64,000 nt of DNA, from contig JAHJTE010000001.1 in the NCBI GenBank assembly GCA_018830005.1, positions 385,332 to 449,331 of the forward strand. Reading direction: 5' to 3'. Positions 47,847-57,703 of the stretch are shown in pieces (within the stretch, counting starts at the first letter, position 1; every line of letters begins with the position of its first letter). A program made the translations under genes and the position numbers. Under the pieces are notes generated by a model, which was given only the letters and a program-made list of their open reading frames with translations, did not search any database and had not been told where the DNA came from. This stretch comes from Candidatus Omnitrophota bacterium. Its GTDB lineage: Bacteria; Omnitrophota; Gorgyraeia; JAHJTE01.

Positions 47847-47935
47847 ACCTTTCCTTTTCCCGCTCAACAAGCTTTTATTTAGCGGGATCCCGCTCTGCGG
47901 GAAAAGGATTAGGAAGGTCTATCCCGCTGGATAAC
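47847..47935 (+). repeat. intergenic repeat element with nested CCCGCT/AGCGGG palindromes, copy 1
   Basis: 'CCTTTCCTTTTCCCGCTCAACAAGCTTTTATTTAGCGGGATCCCGCTCTGCGGGAAAAGGATTAGGAAGGTCTATCC'. Copies also at 50118-50205 and a partial at 51203-51250. Confidence 0.7.
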
Positions 47936-47985
47936 GTGAATCGCAAAGGGTTAAGGAGGTGTGATATCGGAGGAGGGATGAGTTT

Positions 47986-48309
47986 ATGAGTGAGATAAAA
48001 TGCGCTTTTTGTAAGGGAAAAGGTAAAGATCCTTTCAACCTGCTATCTAAGCTGGCCGCCTGTCAGGTATGCGGCGGTACAGGGAAGGTTAAGGTTGATG
48101 AGCCGATGATTAAATGCGCCTTTTGTAAGGCTACCGGTATTCATCCCCATAGCCGAGTTACTTGCTCTGCCTGTAACGGAAAAGGCAGCGTTACATGCCG
48201 AGGGGCTAAAGAGGAATGCCCTAATTGTGAAGGCACCGGTTATAAGGTAGACGGAAACCTCCCCTGCAGCTTATGCGGTGGTAAGGGGGTTATCCATAAG
48301 GGAGGCTAG
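47986..48309 (+). CDS. DnaJ-type zinc-finger (CxxCxGxG repeat) protein, stand-alone
   Basis: Six CxxC(x)G(x)G units ('CAFCKGKG', 'CQVCGGTG', 'CAFCKATG', 'CSACNGKG', 'CPNCEGTG', 'CSLCGGKG'). 107 aa. Confidence 0.6.
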   Translation: MSEIKCAFCKGKGKDPFNLLSKLAACQVCGGTGKVKVDEPMIKCAFCKATGIHPHSRVTCSACNGKGSVTCRGAKEECPNCEGTGYKVDGNLPCSLCGGKGVIHKGG

Positions 48310-48312
48310 GGC

Positions 48313-48657
48313 ATGGACAATATATCAGGCGATATGAAGTCTCTTTGTGAAGATATCGCTACGTCCCATGGAGACAGAAAGAGAAGCATAAAAGATTTAA
48401 AGGAACAAGCGATGGCCATCAGAGATAACGCCAGGAAGTTCGTAGGCCACTGCAGAAAAGTTCATAAGGAAATGGCCGAAGGTTTAACGAAAGGGCTTAG
48501 CGAGGATAGAAAAGAGCTGATCGGAAATGTGTTTTCTTTAAGGGAAGATTTTAGAAAGAAGGAAAAAGAGATCCGCGCCGATTTGTCCGAGGCAAGCAGA
48601 ATCTGGAATAAGATGAATAAAACTTTAGAATCCAAGAAAAGAGGTGAAATAAAATGA
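48313..48657 (+). CDS. small coiled-coil protein, short paralog of the GvpC-like family
   Basis: 'DIATSHGDRKRSIKDLKEQ' parallels 'VSDTHKTIKGF' and 'FDTTHQILDDF' in the two upstream proteins. 114 aa. Confidence 0.4.
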   Translation: MDNISGDMKSLCEDIATSHGDRKRSIKDLKEQAMAIRDNARKFVGHCRKVHKEMAEGLTKGLSEDRKELIGNVFSLREDFRKKEKEIRADLSEASRIWNKMNKTLESKKRGEIK

Positions 48658-49628
48658 TTGATGAGATGACTACAGTATTAGAGCCAAGTCCTTTGTCAGA
48701 TTTTGTGGAGACAAAGTACATCAAGGGTATCACCAATAGGGCCCTTGCCTATATAAAGGCGGATTTTCCGGTCCATTTTAGAGGGATATCCGGTTCCGGC
48801 AAGACCACGTTGGCTATGCACATAGCCAGTAAGATTAAAAGGCCGGTGGTTATGATTCACGGAGATGAAGAATTCACTACTTCTGATTTGGTAGGCGGCG
48901 AGTATGGCTATCGAGTTAGAAAGGTCGTAGACCGATTTATCTCAAGGGTATTAAAAACAGAAGAGGATATGGTAAAACGCTGGGTTGACAACCGCTTGAC
49001 CGTTGCCTGTAAATACGGATTTACTTTAATCTATGATGAATTCACCCGTTCTCGACCTGAAGCGAATAACATCCTTCTTTCAATCTTACAAGAGAAGATG
49101 ATGGATCTGCCTGTGGGAAGAGGCGGAGAGGAACCGTATTTGAGGGTTGACCCGGAGTTTAACGCTATCTTTACCTCTAACCCCGAAGAATATGCCGGTG
49201 TCCATAGGAGCCAGGATGCTTTAAGGGACAGGATGATTACCATGGACCTGGATTACTTTGACTATGAGACAGAGGTGGCCATTACTAAGGCAAAGTCTAA
49301 ACTCTCAAAACAACATGCTGAGATAATAGTCAATATCGTAAGGGGCTTAAGAGAGTCAGGAAAGTGTGAGTTTGCTCCCACTGTTCGCGGCTGTATTATG
49401 ATTGCCAAGACCCTTAAAGTCCAAGGCATTACCCCTATAAGAAGCGCCAATGGGGCTTTTACGCAGATGTGTCAGGATATATTGGCTTCTGAGACAAGCA
49501 GGGTCGGCTCAAAGACTAATCAGGACAGGGTAAAAGGAATAGTTAAAGAACTTGTCAAGAAAGAAGTCGGCACCGGGGAGACTATTAGTGTTAACAAGGA
49601 GACAGAGAAAGAGGCCGTTATTGCTTAG
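48654..49628 (+). CDS. gvpN: gas vesicle AAA+ ATPase GvpN
   Basis: Walker A 'GISGSGKTTLA', Walker B 'FTLIYDEFTRS', and about 320 aa of MoxR-like AAA+ fold, as in GvpN. Confidence 0.85.
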   Translation: MIDEMTTVLEPSPLSDFVETKYIKGITNRALAYIKADFPVHFRGISGSGKTTLAMHIASKIKRPVVMIHGDEEFTTSDLVGGEYGYRVRKVVDRFISRVLKTEEDMVKRWVDNRLTVACKYGFTLIYDEFTRSRPEANNILLSILQEKMMDLPVGRGGEEPYLRVDPEFNAIFTSNPEEYAGVHRSQDALRDRMITMDLDYFDYETEVAITKAKSKLSKQHAEIIVNIVRGLRESGKCEFAPTVRGCIMIAKTLKVQGITPIRSANGAFTQMCQDILASETSRVGSKTNQDRVKGIVKELVKKEVGTGETISVNKETEKEAVIA

Positions 49629-49639
49629 GGAGGTGGAAA

Positions 49640-49807
49640 GTGCCGCTTTTACGAGTTTTCTCGAAGATTGATGATAAAAATAAGATTACGATACCTCGCG
49701 GTATCCGTAAGGAGCTTAATATTAAGCCGGGCGATAGGTTAGAATTAACGCTTGGCGGAATAAATAAGGCAAGGAAATTGCTTGTCTCAAAATTAAGAGG
49801 GAGATAG
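49640..49807 (+). CDS. AbrB/MazE (SpoVT-AbrB) family DNA-binding protein
   Basis: 55 aa, GTG start after GGAGGTGG. 'KITIPRGIRKELNIKPGDRLEL' is the swapped-hairpin AbrB signature. Absent from the ORF track because it is under 60 aa. Confidence 0.55.
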   Translation: MPLLRVFSKIDDKNKITIPRGIRKELNIKPGDRLELTLGGINKARKLLVSKLRGR

Positions 49808-49811
49808 GCCA

Positions 49812-50117
49812 ATGAAAGGGATACAGCAAGTAACAAGCATTAAAGAGGTAAAAAGCATGCATTCTGTAGGCGCCAGGTCAATTCCTAAAGCGCAAAGGTC
49901 TGCCTATCTGGACTTGTACATAAATAGAAGAGAGAAAGATAGGCTTGAGAAAGAAATCTTTGTATTGGACAAAAGAAGAAACACCGCCAAAAGACTTTTA
50001 GACTCTATCAATAAGCGGATTGAAAAGTTGCAAGCTGAGACACACGGAGAACAGAAAATTAAGACTTATAGAAATATCCCCACAAAACCCCTGAAAACGC
50101 TGTCTATACAATATTAG
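49812..50117 (+). CDS. hypothetical basic protein
   Basis: 101 aa ORF with an RBS (GGGAGATAGG). No recognisable motif. Confidence 0.35.
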   Translation: MKGIQQVTSIKEVKSMHSVGARSIPKAQRSAYLDLYINRREKDRLEKEIFVLDKRRNTAKRLLDSINKRIEKLQAETHGEQKIKTYRNIPTKPLKTLSIQY

Positions 50118-50205
50118 GCCCTTTCTTTTCTCGCTCAACAAGCTTTTATTTAGCGGGATCCCGCTCTGCGGGAAAAGGATTAGGAAGGCCTATCTTTGTA
50201 GGATT
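50118..50205 (+). repeat. intergenic palindrome element, copy 2
   Basis: Near-identical to 47847-47935. Lies immediately upstream of the second DnaJ-zinc-finger gene. Confidence 0.7.
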
Positions 50206-50235
50206 AGTGGGCGGCAAAAAAAGGTGGCTTAAAGC

Positions 50236-50616
50236 ATGTATTGGAAGACATTTGACTGGAAGAGCCAAAAGGTTGGTCGAAAAGGCGAGGTCCTTAACAA
50301 GACGAGCTATAAATGCGGATTTTGTAAAGGAACGGGACTTATGCCCTCTAAAAAAAGCACACGATGCCCTGCCTGTTTAGGTGCCGGAACTGTAAAGGTT
50401 TCGTCACCAGCGGTTATTTGCGCCTATTGTAGTGGAGAGGGGCGCTCGCTCTTGAACAGAGATCTTACCTGTCTTATTTGTAAAGGGAAAGGCGTGGTAA
50501 GCATAAGCAGTAAAGATATCGAATCCTGCCCGGCCTGTAAGGGCAGGGGTAGAGAAAAAGGAGTGGATCTGTCCTGCTTGATGTGTAAAGGGAAGGGGAT
50601 TGTTCCAAAGAAATAA
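50236..50616 (+). CDS. DnaJ-type zinc-finger (CxxCxGxG repeat) protein, paralog 2
   Basis: 'CGFCKGTG', 'CPACLGAG', 'CAYCSGEG', 'CLICKGKG', 'CPACKGRG', 'CLMCKGKG'. 126 aa. Confidence 0.6.
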   Translation: MYWKTFDWKSQKVGRKGEVLNKTSYKCGFCKGTGLMPSKKSTRCPACLGAGTVKVSSPAVICAYCSGEGRSLLNRDLTCLICKGKGVVSISSKDIESCPACKGRGREKGVDLSCLMCKGKGIVPKK

Positions 50617-50683
50617 TTTTATCGTACTTATATTATATTGATAGATGAGTTTACATAATTACATGTTAGAGGGAGGAATATAG

Positions 50684-51202
50684 ATGGCAAGAGAAAAGAA
50701 AAAAAAGGAAGAAGAAATAGGTTTTGATTTTGGCATTGGTGGTTTATTTAAAGGCATTGAGAAGTTGGTTGACCTTGCGGCAGATTTAAAAGAAGCAGGC
50801 GGTGAAATCAAAAAAGAGGGTGAGATAGACCTAAGCCATCTTAAAGAAGGTATGAAGGGAGTTTTTGGTTTTTCTATAAAGACTGCTGTGGGAGGCAAGC
50901 CTATAGTCGAACCATTTGGTAATATTAAGAAGACCCCTAAAGGACCTACGGTTGACGAGGAAAGGGAACCGATTACTGATCTCTTTGATGAAAAAGAAGA
51001 GATTAGGATTTATGCAGAGATGCCTGGAATAAACCAAGAGGATGTAAAATTGGATTTAAAAGGCGATATCTTGGATATTTCCGCTCAGACAGGCGATAGA
51101 AAATACCACAAGGAGATTCTGCTTCCGGCAAAGGTTAAGACCGAGACTATCACCTCCAGCTATAAAAACGGTATTTTAGAAATAAGCATAAAGAAATGTT
51201 AA
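50684..51202 (+). CDS. Hsp20/alpha-crystallin family small heat-shock protein (GvpH-like position)
   Basis: C-terminal alpha-crystallin domain 'IRIYAEMPGINQEDVKLDLKGDILDISAQ...GILEISIKK'. Confidence 0.7.
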   Translation: MAREKKKKEEEIGFDFGIGGLFKGIEKLVDLAADLKEAGGEIKKEGEIDLSHLKEGMKGVFGFSIKTAVGGKPIVEPFGNIKKTPKGPTVDEEREPITDLFDEKEEIRIYAEMPGINQEDVKLDLKGDILDISAQTGDRKYHKEILLPAKVKTETITSSYKNGILEISIKKC

Positions 51203-51260
51203 GGCCCTTCCTTATAAGGATTAGGAAGGCCTATCCTTGTAGGATAAGAAGAAATGCTAA

Positions 51261-52199
51261 ATGGCATTAGTCGGATTAAGGGAAGATGCGTTAAAATTAA
51301 TTCTATTTGGTGGGAAGGGTGGTGTAGGAAAGACGACCTGTGCCTCAAGCACAGGTCTTTATTTAGCCAAACATTTTAAAACATTACTCTTTTCTACAGA
51401 TCCGGCGCATTCACTCTCTGATAGTTTAGGGCAGAAAATCGGCGATGAAATAAAAGAAGTTAAAGGTATAAAGAACTTAAGCGCTCTTGAACTAAGCGCG
51501 GAAAAGGCTCTTTCTAAATTTAAGGTTGAATACGAAGATGAGATAAAGAAAATATTGGATACCTCTACGTATTTAGACCAAGAAGACATTGATTCCATCT
51601 TTGCTTTGCCCATTCCAGGAATGGATGAGGTGATGGGTTTTAAGACCATAGTCGACTTAATAGAAGAAGCGAAATTTGATAAATACATTGTAGATACAGC
51701 ACCTACAGGTCATGCATTGCGACTTTTGACTCTACCAGAACTATTCGATGACTGGATTAAAGTTATGGCAAAGATGAGATGGAAGTATAGGTATATGGTT
51801 GAGACATTTGCGGGAAAATATAAACCTGATGAAGGTGATGATTTCCTATTAAGTATGAAAAAGACAGTGAAGAGAATAGAAAATCTTCTTAAGGATCAAA
51901 GTAGGTGTGAATTTATAGCAGTTACCATTCCAGAGGATATGGCGATTTCAGAGACAGAGAGATTGTTAAATAATTTGAGTCGCTATGGCATAAGGGTAAG
52001 GCAATTAGTAATAAATAATGTAATAGAGTCAAGAGATTGCAAGTTTTGCAGAGAAAGGAGAAAAGAGCAGGAAAAATATATAAGCCAGATAAGAAGAAAA
52101 TTTGGTAATCTAAAGATATCGATTACTCCATTGCAGCCTAAAGAAGTCAAGGGCATAGATGCTTTGAATAATTTTTCCCGCTTACTAACTCCTCTATAA
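51261..52199 (+). CDS. ArsA/GET3-family P-loop ATPase
   Basis: Deviant Walker A 'GGKGGVGKTT' and 'DTAPTGHALRLL' (the A-loop/switch II region of ArsA/Get3). 312 aa, single domain. Confidence 0.7.
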   Translation: MALVGLREDALKLILFGGKGGVGKTTCASSTGLYLAKHFKTLLFSTDPAHSLSDSLGQKIGDEIKEVKGIKNLSALELSAEKALSKFKVEYEDEIKKILDTSTYLDQEDIDSIFALPIPGMDEVMGFKTIVDLIEEAKFDKYIVDTAPTGHALRLLTLPELFDDWIKVMAKMRWKYRYMVETFAGKYKPDEGDDFLLSMKKTVKRIENLLKDQSRCEFIAVTIPEDMAISETERLLNNLSRYGIRVRQLVINNVIESRDCKFCRERRKEQEKYISQIRRKFGNLKISITPLQPKEVKGIDALNNFSRLLTPL

Positions 52200-52262
52200 G
52201 AGGCGGGATTCCGCCTTATATTAAATGATTGGCGGGAAAGGAATTTTCATTTCAGTAATATA

Positions 52263-54398
52263 ATGAAGAAAAACAATAATTCAATAATACTAAAAGTTAA
52301 AGAGGCCCTATCTAAAGATGTAGGTAGGGCAATTGCCAGGATCGACCCTGAGGATATAAAAATTTTAGGTATAGAAGTAGGTGAGATCATAGAGATTAAA
52401 GGCAAAAGAAAAACCCCTGCGAAAGTGATGCCTTGTTATGCTGAGGATAGAAGAAAAAAGATTATTCAGATGGATGGAATCTTAAGAGAAAATTCTAAAA
52501 TAGGATTAGATGAAAAGGTCAAGGTTCACAAAACTGACTTTAGGCCCGCCAGCAAAATTACACTTTCTTCTTTAACTATCTCGGGGTTGCTTCAAAGAGA
52601 AAAAGATACCAAATATATTGGTTCCCTTATCGAAGGATTACCTGTAACTTCTGGTGATAAAGTAAGAGCGAGATTATTTGGCACCAGAACCTCTGATTTT
52701 AAGGTAGAAGATACAATCCCTGACGGAGTTGTATTAATTAGCCCTACTACCTTAATAAGGATGAAGGCAAAAGGAGTTAAGGAAGAGAAGGCCAAAGTCT
52801 CTTATGAAGATATAGGTGGACTTGGTACCCAAATTCAAAGAATCAGAGAAATGATTGAATTACCCCTAAAATATCCTGAAGTTTTTGAGAGATTGGGTAT
52901 CGAGGCACCCAAAGGTGTCTTCTTGTATGGACCACCGGGAACCGGAAAGACTCTAATAGCTCGGGCAGTGGCTAATGAGACCGATGCCTATTTTACTCAT
53001 ATTTCAGGTCCACAAATTATGGGGAAGTTCTACGGAGAATCTGAAGGAAGATTAAGAGAAATATTTGAAGACGCGCAAGCCCACGCCCCTGCCATAATTT
53101 TTATTGATGAGATAGATGCAATCGCCCCTAAGAGAGAAGATATGGGCGGCGAGAAACAGGTTGAGAGGCGCGTTGTGGCGCAGCTTCTCTCGTTGCTCGA
53201 CGGATTAGAGTCCAGAGGCCAAATTATAGTCATAGGTGCGACAAATATACCTAATACTATAGACCCTGCCTTGAGAAGGCCCGGTAGATTCGATAGAGAA
53301 ATTTCAATTCCCATACCTGATAAGAACGGAAGATTAGAGATCCTCGAGATATACACGCGAGGTATGCCTTTAGCAGAAGACGTCAGCTTAGAAAAATTGG
53401 CTGAGATTACTCATGGTTTTGTGGGAGCCGACTTAGAGGCCCTGGCACGAGAAGCCGCGATGAGCGCTTTAAGAAAGATTTTACCCAAGATAGACTTCGA
53501 AATGGCAGAAATTCCTTATGAGACGTTGATGAAATTAGAAGTGACGATGGATAATTTTAGGGATGCCATGAAAGAAGTCGAGCCTTCGGCCATACGCGAA
53601 GTCTTTGTCGAGGTTCCGGATGTAAAATGGAGTGATATTGGTGGTTTGGAGAATATAAAAGAAGAGCTGAAAGAAGCGGTTGAATGGCCGCTGAAATATT
53701 CCGATGTTTTCAAAAAAGCCAATACAAATCCGCTTAAAGGAATACTTCTTTATGGAGTTCCCGGCACAGGAAAGACGCTCCTTGGGAAGGCAATCGCTAC
53801 TGAAAGCGGGGTTAACTTCATCTCAGTAAAAGGCCCTTCTTTGATATCCAAGTATGTAGGAGAAAGCGAAAAGGCTATCCGCGAGGTTTTTAAGATAGCG
53901 AAACAGGCTTCACCTACAATTCTATTTTTTGATGAGATAGATAGCCTTGTTCCCAGAAGAGGTTCAAGCAGTACAGATGCCCACGTAACAGAGAGAGTAA
54001 TAAGCCAGTTCTTAACTGAGATGGATGGGATTGAGGAACTTAAGGGGGTGGTGGTTTTAGCTGCGACTAATAGATTAGATTTAGTTGACCCAGCGATGCT
54101 ACGAAGTGGCAGATTTGACCTTTTACTTGAGCTGCCTTCACCAGATGAAAAAACCAGAGAAGAGATATTTAAAATACATACTAAAAATAAACCACTGGAT
54201 AAGGATATTGATTTGAAAGAATTTGCTAAAGTGGCCAAAGATAGGGTGGGTGCTGATATTGAGTTTATCTGTCGAAAGGCTTCTATGTTTGCGATAAGAG
54301 AATTTATAGAGAATCCGGAAAATAAAAAAGATGGGCCAATTATTAAGAAGAAACATTTTGAAGAGGCTATCAAAATAGTAAGCAACCAGAAAAAATAA
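52263..54398 (+). CDS. CDC48/VCP-like double-AAA+ ATPase
   Basis: N-domain, then two AAA modules each with 'GPPGTGKT' or 'GVPGTGKT' Walker A, 'IIFIDEIDA' / 'ILFFDEIDS' Walker B, and SRH regions. 711 aa. Confidence 0.85.
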   Translation: MKKNNNSIILKVKEALSKDVGRAIARIDPEDIKILGIEVGEIIEIKGKRKTPAKVMPCYAEDRRKKIIQMDGILRENSKIGLDEKVKVHKTDFRPASKITLSSLTISGLLQREKDTKYIGSLIEGLPVTSGDKVRARLFGTRTSDFKVEDTIPDGVVLISPTTLIRMKAKGVKEEKAKVSYEDIGGLGTQIQRIREMIELPLKYPEVFERLGIEAPKGVFLYGPPGTGKTLIARAVANETDAYFTHISGPQIMGKFYGESEGRLREIFEDAQAHAPAIIFIDEIDAIAPKREDMGGEKQVERRVVAQLLSLLDGLESRGQIIVIGATNIPNTIDPALRRPGRFDREISIPIPDKNGRLEILEIYTRGMPLAEDVSLEKLAEITHGFVGADLEALAREAAMSALRKILPKIDFEMAEIPYETLMKLEVTMDNFRDAMKEVEPSAIREVFVEVPDVKWSDIGGLENIKEELKEAVEWPLKYSDVFKKANTNPLKGILLYGVPGTGKTLLGKAIATESGVNFISVKGPSLISKYVGESEKAIREVFKIAKQASPTILFFDEIDSLVPRRGSSSTDAHVTERVISQFLTEMDGIEELKGVVVLAATNRLDLVDPAMLRSGRFDLLLELPSPDEKTREEIFKIHTKNKPLDKDIDLKEFAKVAKDRVGADIEFICRKASMFAIREFIENPENKKDGPIIKKKHFEEAIKIVSNQKK

Positions 54399-54409
54399 GG
54401 AGGTTTAAA

Positions 54410-54568
54410 ATGGTAAAGATTATTGAGAAGATTAAGAATTTCTTTTGTGGTAAATTTGTATGCAAAGTTAAAAAGCCTGCCCAGCCGGCAGGCGGGGAAG
54501 AGCCTCAGCCCAAGGCTGATCAGCCTGAGGCTGATAAGACAGAGCAAAAGCCCCAAGAGCAGAAATAA
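54410..54568 (+). CDS. small protein (52 aa) with a PQ/E-rich acidic tail
   Basis: Strong RBS AAGGAGG 7 nt upstream. 'MVKIIEKIKNFFCGKFVCKVKKPAQPAGGEEPQPKADQPEADKTEQKPQEQK'. Absent from the ORF track (under 60 aa). Confidence 0.4.
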   Translation: MVKIIEKIKNFFCGKFVCKVKKPAQPAGGEEPQPKADQPEADKTEQKPQEQK

Positions 54569-54810
54569 TAGATTGAGCTTCTTTTTTTCTTCTTCGTTGT
54601 TTTCTCTTCCCCCGAATGTAGAAACTTCATAGAAGTTTTTACTTCGGGGTCCCGAATCCATTCGACAAGCTCAGGATTCGCACTGAGCAAAGTCGAAGTA
54701 CGAAGTGACACTTCGTAGAATAACTTCATTCGGGATTTGCCGCATAAGTTGCCTTAGGGGAGAGGCCTGCCAAGCCTCCTCTTAAGGCAAAAAGGTATGT
54801 TATGGGAAAG

Positions 54811-55851
54811 ATGGGTAAATATATTTATGGAATTATCCCTCGCCATTGCTCGGGACAGGTAAATTGCATTGCAGAAAAGTCTTTTGACTCGTTTCTAGCT
54901 AATAGCAGCGAGGAAGTTTGTACTGTTTCATTTCAAGATATAGCTGCAGTAGTAACTGACTCTGAGATAGTCGATTATACCCGTTTGCTTAAGGATGCGG
55001 TAGCCAGATACTTGATTAAGCATCAGCAGGTAATCGAAAAGCTTATGGAAAACTTTACGATTATTCCGATGCGATTAGGAACTTTTGCCAGTGATGAAGA
55101 CGAGGTGAGATATATTTTGGCTAAAGCCTATCCGAGGGTTAAAGACATATTTAATAAGATATCTGATAAGATAGAAATTGATGTAGCAGCTACATGGAGC
55201 GATTTTAATTCCATTCTTAAAGAGATTGGTGAGGAGAAAGAGATTAAGGAGATTAAAGAAAGGCTTTCAGCTAATCCTAAGGGCGTAACTCTAGACGAGC
55301 AGATGAAAATAGGGGTTATGGTTAAGAAGACACTGGATAAAAAAAGAGAAAAATACGCTGGACAGATACAAAAAGCTCTAACGCCTGTTAGCCAAGATTT
55401 CAAAGCGCATGGCCTTATGGATGATAAGATGGTGGTAAATTCTGCCTTTTTAATAAATAAGCATGAGTATGAAGATTTTGAAAGAATCATTGAAGAGCTA
55501 AATACTGAATTTCATGATGAGTTAAATTTTAGATGTGTAGGTCCACTTCCACCCTATAGCTTTTATACGCTTGAGGTAAAGAAGATGCAATTTAAAGAAT
55601 TAGATTGGGCGAGAAAGAGACTCGGACTTGTAAATGACTTTGTAACCAAAAGTGAAATAAAAAAGGCTCATCAGGCAAAGGCGTTTGCTTTGCATCCGGA
55701 TATGAATCCAAATGTCCCTGGCATAGAGAGAGAATTTGATGATGCCACCAAAGCCTATAAAACTTTATGGGAATATTGTCAGGGAGATAGTTGTTCTTTT
55801 AATGAAGATGAATTCAGGAAGAATGCAATTTTAGTAAAGGTGAGGGAGTGA
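54811..55851 (+). CDS. gas vesicle protein GvpF/GvpL family, paralog 1
   Basis: N-terminal 'GKYIYGIIP' and the overall GvpF/L pattern ('LKHQQVIEKLMENFTIIPMRLGT', C-terminal 'FRCVGPLPPYSF'). Has an extra C-terminal ~90 aa. Confidence 0.75.
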   Translation: MGKYIYGIIPRHCSGQVNCIAEKSFDSFLANSSEEVCTVSFQDIAAVVTDSEIVDYTRLLKDAVARYLIKHQQVIEKLMENFTIIPMRLGTFASDEDEVRYILAKAYPRVKDIFNKISDKIEIDVAATWSDFNSILKEIGEEKEIKEIKERLSANPKGVTLDEQMKIGVMVKKTLDKKREKYAGQIQKALTPVSQDFKAHGLMDDKMVVNSAFLINKHEYEDFERIIEELNTEFHDELNFRCVGPLPPYSFYTLEVKKMQFKELDWARKRLGLVNDFVTKSEIKKAHQAKAFALHPDMNPNVPGIEREFDDATKAYKTLWEYCQGDSCSFNEDEFRKNAILVKVRE

Positions 55852-55923
55852 TAGTTCAACAGGCTCTGGATCTTTTAAAGGATGCTGAACGAAGTCGAAG
55901 CAGGCAAAATCGAAGAGATTGAC

Positions 55924-56694
55924 ATGGAAAAGGAAGGTAAATATATCTATTGTATAATTGGCACAAAGCAAGAGAGAAACTTTGGGCCTATAGGGATTGG
56001 TGGAAGAGGAGATGATGTTTTGACTTTCGGCCATAACGACCTGAGTATGGTTGTGAGCAGCCACGCTATAACTAAATTTGTTGTTAACCGGGAGAATATG
56101 CTTGCCCATGAAAGGGTGATTGAGGAAGTGATGAAGGAATTTGACAGCGTGCTTCCGGTCAGGTTCGGGACTATTGCTTCAAACGCCGATGAGATAAGGA
56201 ATCTCCTGGGCAGAAGATACAGAGAATTGAAGAACGCGTTACGGGATTTGGACCACAAAGTAGAATTGGGCGTTAAAGGCGTATGGAAGAATATGGAGAT
56301 TATTTTCCAAGAAATCACCCAAGAAAATAAAGGAATCAGGAAGGCAAAAGAGGAAATTCAGAAGGATACTAATAGAAAAAACATCCAGGCTAAAATGGAT
56401 GTAGGTAAGATGGTGGAGAAGGCCTTGGAAAAGAAGAAAGAGAAAGAGGCGGAAAGAATCGTAGATGCATTGCGAAGAACAGCCTCTGACTATAAATTTA
56501 ATAAGACAATTGGCGATGAGATGTTTGTGAACGCCGCCTTTTTGGTAGATAAAGGCAGGGAAAAAGAGTTTGATAATATAATGGATGACTTAAGCGATGA
56601 GCATAAGGAGAGAGTGAAATTTATGTATACGGGGCCTTTGCCCGTATTTAACTTTGTCAATATTGTCATCTATCCTGAGGAGTGGGAGAAGTAG
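55924..56694 (+). CDS. gas vesicle protein GvpF/GvpL family, paralog 2
   Basis: 'GKYIYCIIG...LTFGHNDLSMVVS...MLAHERVIEEVMKEFDSVLPVRFGT...YTGPLPVFNF'. Start set at the internal M (MEKEGKYIY). Confidence 0.8.
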   Translation: MEKEGKYIYCIIGTKQERNFGPIGIGGRGDDVLTFGHNDLSMVVSSHAITKFVVNRENMLAHERVIEEVMKEFDSVLPVRFGTIASNADEIRNLLGRRYRELKNALRDLDHKVELGVKGVWKNMEIIFQEITQENKGIRKAKEEIQKDTNRKNIQAKMDVGKMVEKALEKKKEKEAERIVDALRRTASDYKFNKTIGDEMFVNAAFLVDKGREKEFDNIMDDLSDEHKERVKFMYTGPLPVFNFVNIVIYPEEWEK

Positions 56695-56697
56695 TTA

Positions 56698-57465
56698 ATG
56701 CAGACAGCTACAAAAGAAGGTAAATATATTTATTGCATAATAAAAGCAGGTGAACATAAAACTTTTGGTCCATTGGGGATTGGTGGAAGAGGAGACGAAT
56801 TACATACAATTTGTTTTGACGATATAGCAGCCATGGTTAGCAATTCTCCGACAATAAGCTATTCAGTTTCAAGGGAGAATATGCTTGCCCATGAGAAGGC
56901 GATAGAGGAGATAATGAAGAAGCATACGGTTTTGCCGGTCCGATTCTGCACGATCGCCCAGGATGAAGATAAGGTAAAAAAGATATTAGAAAAAGAGCAT
57001 GATAAATTTGCCGAGTTATTAAAAAGTATCGAAGGTAAAAAAGAGCTCGGACTAAGAGCGATATTTAAGGAAGATGTTATATATAAGGAGATAGCGGAAA
57101 AATACGAAGATATTAAGAAACTTAAAAAAGCGCTATCGTCTGAGCCTCCGGCAAAAACCTACTATCTGCGCGTGGAAGTTGGCAGGAAGGTTGAGGCTGC
57201 CTTGGAAAAAGAGAGAGATATCTATAAAGAGGAGATTTTAAATACGCTTTCACCGCTGAGCCAGGATATGAAGGTCAATGCTTCCTATGGCGAGCTGATG
57301 ATTATAAGCGCCGCCTTCCTGGTAGAAAATAGCAGAGAAGCGGAATTTGACCAAAACGTTCAGGCCCTTGCGGACAAATCTGGCGATAAAATGAAATTTA
57401 AATATACAGGCACGTTGCCGCCGTTTAATTTTGTGAATTTAGTGATCGAAACAGGGAAATACTAA
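56698..57465 (+). CDS. gas vesicle protein GvpF/GvpL family, paralog 3
   Basis: 'GKYIYCIIK...MLAHEKAIEEIMKKHTVLPVRFCT...YTGTLPPFNF'. Confidence 0.8.
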   Translation: MQTATKEGKYIYCIIKAGEHKTFGPLGIGGRGDELHTICFDDIAAMVSNSPTISYSVSRENMLAHEKAIEEIMKKHTVLPVRFCTIAQDEDKVKKILEKEHDKFAELLKSIEGKKELGLRAIFKEDVIYKEIAEKYEDIKKLKKALSSEPPAKTYYLRVEVGRKVEAALEKERDIYKEEILNTLSPLSQDMKVNASYGELMIISAAFLVENSREAEFDQNVQALADKSGDKMKFKYTGTLPPFNFVNLVIETGKY

Positions 57466-57466
57466 A

Positions 57467-57703
57467 GTGTTTTTAATTGATGATATTTTACTTGCACCAT
57501 TAAATGGTATAATCTGGCTGGGTAAAAAGATTAATGAAGTGGCAGAGAAGGAATTTTCTGATGAAGGGCTCATAAAAGAGAGACTCATGGAAATACAGCT
57601 TAAATTTGAGCTGGACCAGATCAGCGAAAAGGAATATAACAAACAAGAAGCGGAACTTTTGGCGCGATTGGATGCTATTAGAAAGGCAAAAGAGGAGGCG
57701 TAA
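57467..57703 (+). CDS. gvpG: gas vesicle protein GvpG
   Basis: 'MFLIDDILLAPLNGIIWLGKKINEVAEKEF...EKEYNKQEAELLARLD' matches the GvpG family. 78 aa. Confidence 0.8.
   Translation: MFLIDDILLAPLNGIIWLGKKINEVAEKEFSDEGLIKERLMEIQLKFELDQISEKEYNKQEAELLARLDAIRKAKEEA

Noticed and set aside
47881-47894. Perfect palindrome AGCGGGATCCCGCT as a rho-independent terminator
   Set aside because: No U-tract follows the hairpin on either strand (the T-rich run precedes it on + and an A-rich run follows it on -). It is more likely a protein or RNA regulatory dyad.
53750-54661. 303-aa ORF on the minus strand
   Set aside because: It is antisense to the well-supported CDC48-like gene, the translation is low-complexity (L/S/I-rich), and it has no RBS. 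Typical shadow ORF.
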